Below, one piece after another: positions 1 through 14,600 of a stretch of 64,000 nt of DNA. The DNA comes from Antedon mediterranea (lineage: Eukaryota > Animalia > Echinodermata): positions 5,704,001-5,768,000 of the forward strand of contig NC_092672.1 in NCBI RefSeq assembly GCF_964355755.1, in the 5' to 3' direction. The notes beneath the pieces were generated by a model, which worked only from the letters and a program-made list of their open reading frames with translations, searched no databases and was not told the origin of the DNA. The position numbers were made by a program, and so were the translations under genes. The first letter of the stretch is position 1. Each line of letters begins with the position of its first letter.

Positions 1-806
1 ACAGGTTGGGGATAGATACGGTAGGCCTAATGTACATATTGACGGAAGAGTCTGAAGGGATATGATTTGCATTGTGTCAGCTTATCTCCAAAATAAGCAC
101 ACTAATCCCACACCTTAAACTATTCATAATACACCATAGCATTATAGGTCATGGTACAGTATTTTCAAAGGAAAACATAATATACTGTATAATAAAAGAA
201 ATGTGGATCAATGCCGCGGAAAAGGGTAGGGCTTGAGTTATGCATAAAATAGAAAAACAAGTTTGGTAATGGAAAAACAAGGCCATGTCTACATGGCTGC
301 AGTCGCGTGCTCAAGTTAGTGTTTACCGACAAACCGACCGACATAGTGAGCTGTAAAGTCGTGTAGAACGCGACTAAAAACTTTACTGTGATTTTTCAAG
401 TTTTCTTTTCATATAAGAATTATCAAGGCAGTGATGAGATTATATAGAGCTTGGGTTAAATTTATTTAATTAAAGATGAATTATGTTTCAAAAACAGTGA
501 AGAATAAGAAAATATATCTTAGATTATCATTGGCAAATTAGCTATAGATAAGTAGGACAAGTATGACTGTAAATTAGGCAAAAACATTAAAAATATTAGT
601 TTTTACATTCTTGCAAATATATCATAAGTATGATGAGTGCCCGGCCTATGGAGGGCAACTGCATTATTCTACAGTATCAATACACAGAAAGTATGATAGA
701 CAATTAGTTAATTGTTTGTGGCGAGCAAAAACTTTAAATCAACAATTAAATGCAATTATTAATAAACGTTTTAATTTACGTATAAATGGCAATTTTGTTT
801 TCACAG

Positions 807-1053
807 TGCACGTAAACGCTGTTGGAAACTCACTTTACGCAGGTATTTTGATGCAGGCTAGGTATGTCAACGGTGATTCCACATCCATTGGTTCGTGGGT
901 TTCTTCAACATTACCAAGTAATACAAAGACAATTGAATGCCATAGCCGATCAAATTCTGCTGTCACACATTCTAATCCGGTGCTTAAGCCCTCAACAACC
1001 ACCTTTACATGGATCCCTCCGTCATCCGGAACCTCTGAAGATATTGAATTTGT
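807..1053 (+). CDS. Reeler domain exon
   Basis: ttttcacag|...GT|gtaagc; YAGILMQAR...IGSW...AVTHSNPVLK...FTWIPP matches the Reeler pattern (GFLxQAR, GxW, AVTH, K, WxPP). Confidence 0.88.
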
Positions 1054-2656
1054 GTAAGCATTTTTTTATTATGCTACAGCAGGGCCGTAACCAGGTTTGA
1101 CGGCGGGGTGGATCGTTAAGTTGTTTAGTGGAACCATACCCTCAATTTTTTTTTCTCTATAGGCCTATGTATGGCCGCAAATCGCATTTCCGGCTAATCT
1201 CTTTTGTTTATGAACTATATAATTTGGTGTAATTTCCACCCCACGAATTTCAATTGCCGACCTTAAATTGACGGCATTCTCTTGCCAACCGAAACTAGGC
1301 TAGATCCCTCCTCCTTTTAAGCCTCCTAGCAACAACAACATGGTACATTAAGGGATCGTATCATTGAGACTTTAACAGGCATATTCACCATCATGTGGTG
1401 TTTAGGTAACAAACCATGGAATTAAGATGATCCCTGAATTCACTCAACCATTGCATCTTGCACTTGCTTTCTCTATACTATCAAGCAGCTGGCTGGGCAC
1501 GTCACACGCACGCGGAGACCTGTGTAGGGGAATACCCTTTTATGTCAAGCAAACAACTATGCTCTGTGTTCGGCTAGCTCCAGAACCACGATGTTCAGCA
1601 GTTATCAAATAGAATTTATCTTGTAAATTTTAGTGTTAGGTTTTTATATTTTAGTTAAAATATATTTTAAATTCTTATGTTGATTTATATTAATTAAATT
1701 TATTAAGGCTTGACTAGGCCTGTAGTAAACAATCGTAATGTTGTGTTAGGGCCTGTTTCTATAGAGCAGAGAATACGGTTTTGAATACCGTTCTTTTCAA
1801 GAACCGTTTTTTCTTGCCAGCAGAAATGGGTCCCCACAAAAAACCACAAAAAAGAACCGATCTTAAAAACGGTTTCAAAAACCCCAATTGATTGCGGTCT
1901 CGATCGCAAAGAACCGTTCTGAAACCGGTTTCCGCGGAGCAATTTTTAGCTGCAACACAATCGCGGTCTCAATTTGACCCCAAAAACTGAACTCTGCAGT
2001 CTGCTGCACTGGGATGATTGCGGTCAACTCGCAGTCAAACTCGCGCGATAGGACCTAGGCCTAAGTCATTTTTATTTCTCTAGATAGTGAGTATTTTATT
2101 TAACTAAAAAATGTTGACCGATGCTATTACGAGGTTCGTAAAAAATATGTGAAGGAAAGAAGATGAGGGGACTTGTCGGGAGTCGGAAGAAAGACTCGCG
2201 TATAATAGGCCTACATGTTTTTAAGAATATTGTAAAGCGTGTGAAAAATAGACGAGTTCAACTTGACAATATCAGAGGGTGCGACGTAGGCCTACCTATA
2301 CTTTAACCAAGGACCACAATAACGTTTCAGGTAATAATTCCCCCTTCTATGATGAAATGGATGCTATTTCTTGGGGATCGCGCTATGCGAAAAAAAGTAA
2401 ACATGACCTCGATCAAATCGCGCTTCCGCCTAACGAACTGCATTGTGGTGTATATAATGACGTCATTCATAACGAACGCACATGGACGGAACCGGTTTTA
2501 TTGGAGTAAAAATTGAGCTGCAACGCGATCTTTATTTATAGACAACAGCCGAAACCGGTTTCCAAAAAACCGTTCTTTTTTTATTTTTCAATAGAAACAG
2601 GCCCTTCGTATGCCCAGCAAAAAAAAGTGGAAGGCCAAGCGGAACTCGCTGTTCAG

Positions 2657-2690
<34 letters not shown>

Positions 2691-5600
2691 TCGTACGATC
2701 CCCCCGATCCCCCCTGGTTACGGGCCTGTACAGTATAATTATGAACAAAATAACAAGCAAATTAATGACGAAGAAGAGACGCATTAGATTTAGCGGACAT
2801 ATAAACATGGGCTATACCCACATGGCAGAACCATGGGCTATACCCACATGGCAGAACCATGGGCTATATACTCACATGGCAGAACCATGGGCTATACCCA
2901 CATGGCAGAACCATATTATTATGTATGGCTCTTGTACAACAAAAGTCCCCATTATGGACAAATGATAGATTTTTTACCAATTATGATTTATATTGGGTCT
3001 TATAGGACTTACGTTTACGTGATAGGCCTACCTAATATGTTTTTAACTTGTGATGAACTTCCAATATTCTTCCAATATTATTAATGTAATATGTTGATTA
3101 CCTATTTCTTATCGGGAGGGGGATCTACGGGGATATTAAATTCTATTAATAGAATAGTTCTTTCAGTAACATGCGTGAATTATGGTGATTCATAATCATA
3201 CTATCTGGTCCTACATAACTTTCGCTTATAACAACTAGGAAAAGTGATATTACTAATTATGACACACAGAAAATATGTAATGAAAATATTTGTAACAAAA
3301 GAACTTTGAATTGAAAATGATATATTATACAATGTTTTTAAAATCGCATCTTTCACTTTAATAAATGTTATGTGGCAACAACAGAATTAGGTCCATATGA
3401 CTATTGTTTTGTAGATTTTATTATATAACGTAACACAGATGAATAACAGACAGGTCAAAATGTAGGTGAACAGTGATTGATAAGTTTTCTTATATATGAT
3501 TAGACTTGTATTGTAAGGTGTAAATCAACCAGAACGATTCTTTGGATTGTCCAAACGATGAATCATATGACTCATTCACACGCGAAAATACAAAACAACG
3601 TAAAGCCGTTATTGAACTGAAATCCATAGGGGGAGTTTTCATATTTTGTAAGTCAATTAAAACTAGCGTGATTACGAAATCACTGTTTCCAGGCATAGAA
3701 GCTTGACACTATGACGCAACGCAAGGATGTAAGCTGCAACGTATGCGAATTGACCAATCAAAGCGATGGATTATTCAAACTGTCGTTTGTGAATGGTCAA
3801 TTCGCTTACGTTATCCAAATGGGAAATATCCATCGCTCGTAATTGTTCATACTTGCGCTTAACGTCCTTGCGTTGCGTTCTAGTGGAAACAAAGCATTTA
3901 AGCAGCTATTTGCCAAAATTACTAAATCAATTAAAATCTTTATTGGTCAATACCTTATATTATTGTGAATGACTTTATATAATAAACATAATGGAATACA
4001 ATAGACCCTTTAAAAGTGTTTGAAGCAAAACTTCTATTTGACCTCTTAGAAGTAAAAAACTGAAATTGTACTAAACGATTAAAAATGTTATTACATTGAA
4101 TTTACAGGGCTACAATTGCAGTGAGTCGAGAAATATACTATGTAAATATTAAATCAGCTGTTGTCAGCAGTGGTAAGTATTTTGTTTAAGATTCCAATTT
4201 GCCAATCAGAAATGTTAGGTGGATGCGATGTTCACACATGACGACTTGTAATAAAAAATATAATGTTTTATAAAGAAAATGTGGAAGAAACTTTTAGGCA
4301 TATGAAAGTGGGTCGGTAACTTTACACGAATAAAAGGTAGCAACTTTACCATAAATTTCAGCCAATCATCCCAATTCTCTCAATATAGGATGTCCGTCAC
4401 TTAACCTTAAGTCCATGCTAAAACCAAGCAATTGTTGAAAAGGGAGGGTGGTTGATCAAGAGGTAACATTCTTATCTGGTGTTCCTGACATAATGACATG
4501 TTGTTTAGGTTCACGCGACAATTTCAAGATTTCGATCACGGTAATTTGTATACGTAGGCCTACTTATTTAAGATCGGTTAATTGCGTCATTCACAACAGA
4601 ATTAAAACAACCGTCTTGATGCAATTCTTTGATCTGATGAAATGTTAGATGTTCCAGAGTCTGTTTTTATTAATATCATATCTATCATATCATATTTATT
4701 TACAGTTGCGGATGGTTGCCAACCAAATCCTTGTCAGAATGATGGATTATGTCTTCAAAGTTCGTCATCATCTGCATCATTTTTCTGTCAGTGTCCATCT
4801 GGTACATCAGGATCACTGTGTGAAGGTACAGCTTATATTTGTTTCATTTGTATAAAGCAATTTTTTTTTCAAATTTGAGCCCTGTTTATTATTACATATT
4901 ACTAATAATAAACTAAAAATTAGTATTGCATTATATATGTTTCCGAATTTAATGACAGGGTCTTTTTACAAGGAATGGCTATAGTATTTCTTTTTTCAGT
5001 GTCTTATCAAATTTCCACCAACGCTTGTAGATCTAACAGTCCATTTTATTTATTGGCCTCTTTGTACAGTAGTATTACTTTCTTGTATGTGAACGAAAAA
5101 AGTCTTACTTTACCGAATTGTATTTTTTGTTTCTTTAATTAAGTTTACACGGGCATTTGTATGCCTAATCCATGTTACAATCAAGGAGTATGTTTACAGA
5201 GCTCTACACAACCATATACTTACATTTGCCTTTGTGCAGTTGGTTATTCAGGAACAAACTGTGATGGTAACATTTATGCATGTACAACTCATTCAATCTT
5301 TACTCCACCCAGAATGGCATGCACGATCCTGTCTCCACATATATGTTTCCCTTTGTGCAACAGTAACTTCACTTAAACCTCTGTCAAATTTATGTGACAA
5401 AAAAAGTGTGAGGTGCCCAGATATGGTAGTGATATGCCTAAACATATGATATGACATCATCGTGTCCATATATGGGCACATCACATTTTCTGTCACATAA
5501 AGTTTGATAGTGTAGATATCAAAAATAGGTAGCTATTGAATTATTAAGGCCAATTGTATATTCTTTTTTCTAATATTTTATTTGTGCACATTTTATTGGA

Positions 5601-8600
5601 TTCTATTGAACATTCACTATTGCAACATTTCTGAAGTGGTCACAATTTATGGACAGTTTTCTCTCAATGTACGCACACTTTGTGAAAACAATTTTCGAGA
5701 AAACAAAAAAGTTTTTACTTATGTATTAATATAAGCTACCCTTTTAGCGATTACGAGTATTTTGTTTTGCCATGTTTTGTTTTACTTTTTTACACATACA
5801 CTACTTTTTTTAGAATTTACACATCTTATAAAAATAGGAACTTTCAACTATTTTTTTTGTTTAATGGCATAAAAAATACTGTAAAAGAAAATTTATTCGC
5901 TCGAATCCAAAAATTTGGAAGATGAAAATAGAAATATTAAGCTATAATATTCAGCTTTTCTAGTGAAAAACGGACATTAGGCCTATATTAAGGTGTGTAA
6001 TCATGGTGGGAAGAGTTTTGCAGATTTATGAACTTTTTGCTGGAAAGGAATATAAAAAAATACTAATATTTCAAACCACAGCTATAACAGACTGGTTCTG
6101 GCCAACATTAGAAAATCATACATTCGTAGATGTTTCAGCGCTAGTTTTTATTAACATGAATTCATAATCATATTCAGTAGTTTCAGTGAGCACAGATCTT
6201 TGCCAACCAAATCCTTGTCAGAATGGTGGATTATGTTTGCAAAGTTCGTCATCATCTGCATCATTTTTCTGCCAGTGTCCATCTGGTACATCAGGATCAT
6301 TGTGTGAAGGTATACACAGATTATAGATAGTTAGAGATACTTATTTATTATTTCACACAAAATTTATAATAAAAATTGAGTTGTTTTTGTTCTTACAAAA
6401 GTATAGATTAATGGAATAGGTCTACATAAGAATAATTCTGATTTATTTCTTCAGTTGTTGTCCAAAATCCTTGTTCAAATAACCCATGTGTGAATGGTGG
6501 GATCTGTTTCCAAGGTACAACATCTAATTCCTACTTTTGTCAGTGTGCATCTGGCTATTCAGGAACAAACTGTGAAGGTAATGTACAATCTGTGCATAAT
6601 ACAGTAGCTATTATTTAGGGTGATGAATGAAGCTTTAGCAGGCCCTAACTTGCTTGTTTCATTTTTTGTCTTGGTTGTTCAGATTTGTAACTGATACATA
6701 ATACATCTGTCTCTTATACTTATTGGTTGCATCATTGGTTGCATCACTTACAAATGATTTCAAACCACAGATATACCAGATTGAAATGCATAAAGTTTGG
6801 ATAAAATTCTAAGATCTGAAATAATTTGTTGAATCAGTTTTTATTTATATTATATTCAAGTGATCACAGACTTCTTTCTTAAGGTTGAATTGTTTTTACT
6901 GAACAACATACTGTAGTCCTAAATATTAAAAAAATAATGTTGATTTTTATTTCTTTCAGTTTCTGAAAATCCTTGTTCAAATAACCCATGTGTGAATGGT
7001 GGGGTCTGTTTCCAAGGTACAACATCTAATACCTACATTTGTCAGTGTGCATCTGGTTATTCAGGAACAAATTGTGAAGGTAATGTACAATCTGCAAGCT
7101 GGCAAATTAACTATAATTTAGGTTGATAAATGAGTTTCTTCATTTTTGTTGTTTGTTTTTTTATATATGTAACTGATTCTGATACATCTGTCTGTCATTG
7201 GTTGCATCACTTACAAATTAAACTACAGCCATACCAGACTATAATGACATAAAGTACAATTCTTTGATGTGAAATAATTTGTAGAATCAGTTTGTTATGT
7301 TTATTTACAGTGAGCACAAATCTCTGCCAACCTAGTCCATGTCAGAATGGTGGATTATGCCTACAAAGTTCTTCATCATTTTTCTGCCAGTGTCCATCTG
7401 GTACATCAGGATCACTGTGTGAAGAAGGTATAGTATTTGATTTCACTGGGATAATTATACATTTGTTCTTACAAAATCCTAATCTTTTTGGGGGGTTTGA
7501 GATATATAATATGGTAGGCCTACTTTATGTAACTATTGTAATTCTACTACATCTTTATCTTTTTCAATTACTTATTTGCATCACTTACACATTATTTTAA
7601 ACCACAGAGATCTCTAAATTCATAAAGTAGATGAAATGAATTGATCTAAAATAATCTGAAATAGAATCAGTTTTTATTATTAATTTATGTTAATTTTCAG
7701 TGGTTACAGATATCTGCCAACCCAATCCATGTCAGAATGGTGGATTATGCCTACAGAGCACATCTGCATCATTTTTATGTCAGTGTCCATCTGGTACATC
7801 AGGATCACTATGTGAAGGTATAGTTATTTATTTACAATAGTACAAAACATTTATATTAAAGATTGGGTTGTTTTGAATAGGCCTATATAAGAATTGTTGA
7901 AAACAATGTTGATTTAATTATTTTGTTGTTTCAGTTGTCCAAAATCCTTGTTCAAATAACCCATGTGTGAATGGTGGGGTCTGTTTCCAAGGTACAACAT
8001 CTAATTCCTACTTTTGTCAGTGTCCATCTGCATATTCAGGAACAAATTGTGAAGGTAATGTACAATTTGCAGGTTTTACTACAGTACCTTTGGGATGGTT
8101 CCAAATATGGGTGGGTTTAAATAATTTCGGGTAGGTAACAAATAACTTAAGGTGATAGTAAAATATTGTTCAAATGGGTGACAAATACCTTGGGTGGTGG
8201 TGGGGTTGTGTGAAACAATCAAATATAAATCGAACGATTGATTGATTGATTGATAACAAAGGTAATTAAAGAGAAGAAGGAATATGTCAAACTGTCAAAT
8301 ACCTGTCAGATAATAGATGACAAGAAGTAATAAACTTCTGGGTAAAAGTTGTGCTAATAGGTGTTGAAATAAACTTGAGAATTTTAGGATGTGTGACAGT
8401 GGCACTAACAATTTGTTTTCTGTTTTAGTTTGTTATTGTCTTTATGATATAGATTCTCTTAGAATAGATAGAGTCTCAATGAATTACATTTTAGATGCCC
8501 TATTTTTACAAGATATACATTAAAAAGACCAGATTTGATATATTGTTTTTAGATTCCTTCACTATTAAGATATTTTGCAGCTGTACTGAGTTAAAGTAAA

Positions 8601-11600
8601 ATTAATATTTTGTTTACAGTGGGTGGAAGTCCATGCAATTCGAACCCATGTGGCAACAATGGAAATTGTTTAGAAAGCATGACCTCGAGCACGTTCATTT
8701 GTCAATGTCACGATGGATTTGTAGGCACGCAATGCATAAAAGGTAAAAAAGGATGTAATACCAACAAAAATCTCTAAATATTCAATCCCAAAGTATATTC
8801 AGAACATGTTGGGTTAATTTGTGTATTCATTACATGAATTTATGTGACAAAATCAAGAGAAAAAAAAACAAATTAAAAATTGTTCCATATACATTAATAT
8901 ACAATACCAATATATACTAATTGCCATAGACGATGCAGTACATGCTGCCTTATGTCGTAACCAATCAGTTTTAAACCAATTTTAAACATGCAAATATGAA
9001 TAATAAATAAATAGCATCTTTTTCTAAATTCTCTTTGCAGATTACTGTTCTCCAAATCCATGTGAAAATGGTGGAACATGTGAAAATGATGGCTTTTCTC
9101 TTGATTATAACTGTATTTGCCCTTTAACACACATTGGACGTAACTGTACAACAGAAACTGTGGGTATGTATTAATTTGAAATAACATAAAATAAGAAATA
9201 TATTTTCAGAAAGCTTAAAGAACTTCATACTTTCACACGTACTGTGACATCCACCATAGTTTGGTAAGTAAATTCAATTACTGTAAGTTAATCTAAAATT
9301 ATGTCTTTGCTTAATTTCAGTTCAACCATGCTTATCAAATCCATGTTACAATGGTGGAACATGTACTGAATCAACAAATCCAGCTACATACACGTGTGCT
9401 TGCCCAGAAAGTTACTTAGGGGACCGATGTGAGGATTTGGGTAAGTGAGGAAGTTTTCAAAATCATGGCGTTTAATGTGATATTATAGTCACCCTATCCA
9501 AAATATGCTGAATTGTTAGTTGCTCTCAGGGCATTTTCCTAAAGCCTTAATAAATGAAGATTCTCTGACCAAACAATATGCATTGTAACATTTTTCAAAG
9601 AGATAAACGTGAAAGAGCCGGGATTTGAACCAATGACTAATGATTAGTAAGCAAGAATGTTAACCATCAAACTAAAGTGCCACTAAATATAGTATAAATA
9701 TGATTTGTTTTAGATGATCCATGCAGTTCATCGCCATGTCAAAATGGAGGTACATGTGCATACATAGGAAATCAAGATTACAGTTGTACATGCACAGATA
9801 ACTATGAAGGCAATAACTGTGAACAAGCCATAGGTAAGTGAGAGAGAGAGATTCAATCAGAGGAAGAGTAATGGTATGTTTATCCAACAATTCCTAACTT
9901 TAAATAGTTGGTCAAAATATTATAATCTGTCACTGTGATTGAGATACTGAATATTAGTGGGGGTCCATCTTAAAATTTACAAGCAAAAGTTACGGCCATA
10001 AACTGCGTTGAAACACCGATTCTCGTCAGATCACCGAAGTTAAGCAATGTTGGACCGGGTTGCGTTCTGGATGGGAGACCGTCTAGAAATAGCGGCGGGT
10101 GCTGTATATATAGAGTGATGGTGTAATGGTAATATCTGACTAGCATGTGATAGGCATGGGTTTCGAGGTTATCTGTACCATACTAATTGCATCCTTAGGC
10201 AAGATACTTTACTCTCATTGCCTGGTCCTTCGGATGGGATGTAAAGCCGTTGGTCCCGGGTACTTAACAGTGCACGTTAAAGAACTTTGTACACTTTTCA
10301 AAAAGAGTAGGGAATTGTCTCCCGGTGTGCTGATCTGGAAGGCGCTGAACTGCTGGCTGCTGTGGGTCTGTGGAGGGCCTAATCCAAATTTCCTTAGTTT
10401 CAAGTTAAACTTGAGGACCAGTAATAATACATTAAACATTTTTTAAGATACTGTACCCACCCAGGATCAGTTAGTATATTTTCACTTGCCATTTTGGCCG
10501 TCATATAAGATCCAAATGGCAGATATAATTCAAAATCTTCCCAGTACGATTCTGGTCATTTTGATTTTTTTTTATGTATATGCGTACACCGAAAGCAAAT
10601 TTTGTTTATAATTGTAACAAATGTACAAATGCAATAATTAGTGAAAAAAGGCTGGGAAAATATTTTTATTTTCTTATTTACTGTATCCCAGGAAAGCATC
10701 TAAAGGTTGTTCTTCTGGGTATAGAGGCCAAGCATACTGCTTTATAGGCACCTTGTGAAAAACCGTACTGTATTTATTTTAATAGATCCTTGTTCATCCA
10801 ACCCCTGTCAAAATGGAGCATGTACACAGTCTGATATGGATCAATTTACTTATTTGTGTGAATGCAATGAAGGATTTGAGGGGGAAAATTGCCAGACCCA
10901 AAGTAAGTTTTTATTTAAGTACAATTATCTGAATAGTAAAATGATATTAGATGTAGATCTAGTAGAATGTTAAATGGTCCTTTCTGTCATCCAATTCAAT
11001 CTTATAAAATGGTGAAAATATAAGCAATGATTTGAATTGGTTTAATTGTGGAATTGTTGTAAAGTATCATAGATTGCTATGTTTTAGATGATATAAAAAG
11101 CTTAAAATAAAAATAGGAAAATCAACATGTTTGTTACATTACAATATAAAGATTATGGACAACTGGCAATATTTGAAATTACTGTATACAGTAGGTTTAA
11201 TAATGTTTTAATTGTCTTTGCAGATGAATGCTTCAACAATGCCTGTAAAAACAATGCAACATGTCAAGTACATACTGACCCAGGTCTTAATGGTTATAGC
11301 TGTATATGTAAATCAGGCTACTCTGGAACATATTGTGAATCTGCAATAGGTAAGTCCTGATTAATATAAGTTTTACTTAATAAAGCTTGAAGGTTTGACA
11401 CTATCTATATTTTAAGTTTAGATTACAGTGATCAACTTTCGAGATACCAGACACTTAAAGTCTGTTTGCACTGATGAAGTGTCATCATCATGAACAACCA
11501 ATAAATACATGCAAATTCAACATTGCATAGAAGATACACTGTAATTAAAAATTCCATTTTGTTTGTAGGTTACTGCGTTACTTCCCTCTCTATCTTTGAT

Positions 11601-14600
11601 GAATTAAGTGCAATTTAGTAAATAATACTATAAATACCACTAATCACAAAACAAAATGCTCATCATTATAATGCATATATGCTGTTACTTTTGCAGGAGC
11701 ATGTGCTAACAATCCTTGTGAAAATGGTGGATTTTGTACATTGATTAATAACGCACATAACTGTGACTGTAAACCAGAGTATGCTGGTGTCAATTGTCAG
11801 TATTTTGCTGGTAAGTATCATTTGTAAACACTCAATGAAAATACAGAATTTCGTTCACATCTTTTCAGTTTACAGTAAGTGCTGATTATGTTTTAGATAT
11901 CTATTTTTAATTCAACTATAAATTATATTTGCTATTCATATAAACAAAGCAGAAAAAAGTAAAACTATGTGTACATAAATAAATTAAGAAAATAAGAAAG
12001 TTACAAATGGTAGCAGAAGTTGATAATTAAAAGCTTGTTTCAGATATGTTAGAACCCCTACTTTGGGACACCTTAATATTCAGAGGACACTTTCCTGTGC
12101 AAAAAAACTATTTTAACACATGACCAACCTCTATTACATTTGTTAGGTCCCGAATGTGTCCCTTGAATAGAAATTTTAATGTACTATTTATGCTACTATA
12201 CTATTAAGTATTATGTACTGTATTTATTATGCAGTGAATGAAGCAACAGAGCAACACAAGTGTTTTATTCTTCATAGTTTTTTTCACATTAATTACGTTG
12301 TATCTTTCAAATATTTAGATCCATGTGCAAGCTTAATGCCTTGTTTTAATGGTGGAACTTGCTTTAACAGTCACAGTAATCCTGGGACATATGTGTGTGC
12401 TTGTGCAACAGGGTTTAGCGGTACATTATGTGAAGATAGTGGTAAGTTTTTTTACTTAACTTCAAGTTCAGTTTCTTAACAAATTGAGACTGCTGTTAGA
12501 CCTATTTTAGTTTCAAATAAACTTGTCTTGTGTCAAATCATCCAATGATCTGATTGGTCAAAAGTTTTTAACATATTTTTCTATCAACAGATGGTGTAGA
12601 ACCATGTCCTGATGATTATTGCTCAAATGGTGGTATTTGTTCAACTAATAGTGAAGGTATATACACATGTGCATGTCTTACCAACTTCTTTGGGGATAGA
12701 TGTGATGAAGGTAAGTTAAAATAAAGAGAATTGTACTTGACTGTAGAGTTAAAGGGGTTGAAAGACCACCCATCACACCCATGTTTTTTCTTTGTCTATA
12801 AAATTAAATAACTATACAGTGAAAAATATTAAAGCATTTTTTAAAAATTCAAATTAAATAACTAACATTTTAACAATACATAGTAACTAATTTAACATTA
12901 TTAAGCATAAAACTATCTAAAAAATAACATTAATCATAATAGTATGTTGAAAATTAAATGTAGTTCATATGCTACTGTATTTACTATGAAGAGATGTTTT
13001 ATTCATGAACCTTTTTACTTGTTTTATGTGATTTTGATCAAATAAATGAATGAATGAATGTTTTATTATGCTTGACCCTAGATCATATTATTATATTGAA
13101 TATCATTTTTATCTAGAACTGAGATGCCCTGAATTGTATTGCTTAAATAGCGGAACATGCAGTGTGGATGATAATGCCCAATATGTTTGTAACTGCATGA
13201 GTTCCTATGTTGGAGATAGATGTGAAACTGGTAATTACTGTGTTTACTTTAAATAAATTATTGATGTTATTACATTCTAATAAATTAAATGTTTTTGCAT
13301 AGGAGTATGATTATACATGTTTTTACACTTTTATACTTATTTTGCTTTTTTCTTTAAAAAAAATAGTTATGTCGGTTTTTTTATGGTTGTGAATTCCGTT
13401 GTGTCATTCTTATTTTTGTTATTTTAATTATTTTTATTATTGTTTTGAAACATCAAATGTTAATTTTTTAACACAATTGGGTTTTTTAATAGAAAAATGT
13501 GATCTGACATGTAACAATGGAGGACAATGTATTGTCGAAAGCATGTGCTCTTGCGAACCAGGATATGAAGGATCAACTTGTGATACAGGTAAAGACATTG
13601 ATTGAAAATAATAAACGCAATTTACAGTGTTTGCACTACAGTATGTGTTAATATAAGACTCACTCACTCACTCACTAAGAATCTCACAGAAGAAATTTGG
13701 ATAATGTGGACATAATGTAGGCCTATATTTCTTTGGGAATGCAATATTAGTTACATTTAAATTTAGAATGTTCAGAAAAATTGTTCAGAAAAGGTTTTAA
13801 AGATGAATAATAAAAATATTATTTTGTTTTTTTAGTTAGTACAACTGGAACAGAAGCTCCAGGTTTACAGTGTCCAGCTAATTACTGCGAGAATGGAGGA
13901 GCATGTTCAATTGTAGATAATACATATGAATGCTCATGTACCAGTGGATTTGAGGGCAAGCTCTGTCAAACAGGTTTGTTAAAGTTGATTTTGGTATACG
14001 TGATGGCTATCTGTTAAAGCCCTTACAGTAGTTCTGGATTCCAGATTCACATTTTGCCCTCTTTCAATTTTTAGTGGAAAAGGATTTTAATACTTAGTAT
14101 TATTATTGTTTTAATAGAAATATGTAATAGAGAATGTCAGAATGGTGGGATATGTTCAGTTAAATCTGGAGAGTCTGAATGCTATTGCCCTGAAGGCTAC
14201 ACAGGACAATTTTGTGAAAATGGCAAGTCTTTATTTCATTTTACAATTTTACTTCTTTTCTTTCTCTTTTTTCTTCCTTTCCCATTCCTCCTCTTTATCT
14301 AAAATTTGTACAGTATTTTAGAGTTTGTAGGTTTTTGGAGTTCTTACAGAGAGTGTGATTTAGGGAGAGTTTATACTGAAAAAGTAGATTATTGTCTTAT
14401 TGAGCACACAAAGCAGTACGACATCTTTGGGACAAAAGTGTTCACTGAAAATCAGTTTTTAAATTGTTAAAACATACACTGACCTCACTCATTTCACAGG
14501 AGAAAGGTACGTGTCCCCTGAATAAGAAGGTCAGTTCTAGTACAGAATAATAAAAAAAAAGACAGATGAATACTATTTATTATTATAGGTAAAAACAAAG

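Noticed and set aside
2513-3084. ORFs with poly-Gly and THMAEPWA repeats
   Set aside because: Products of a G homopolymer in a transposon end and a 26-bp tandem repeat.
9989-10106. Functional 5S rRNA gene
   Set aside because: Diverged with indels, single copy, no oligo-T terminator, and fused to SINE body sequence.
11466-11500. TTGCACTGATGAAG motif here and at ~53663-53690 as hammerhead ribozymes
   Set aside because: CTGATGA is present but no stem II followed by GAAA and a cleavage site; at most decayed relics.
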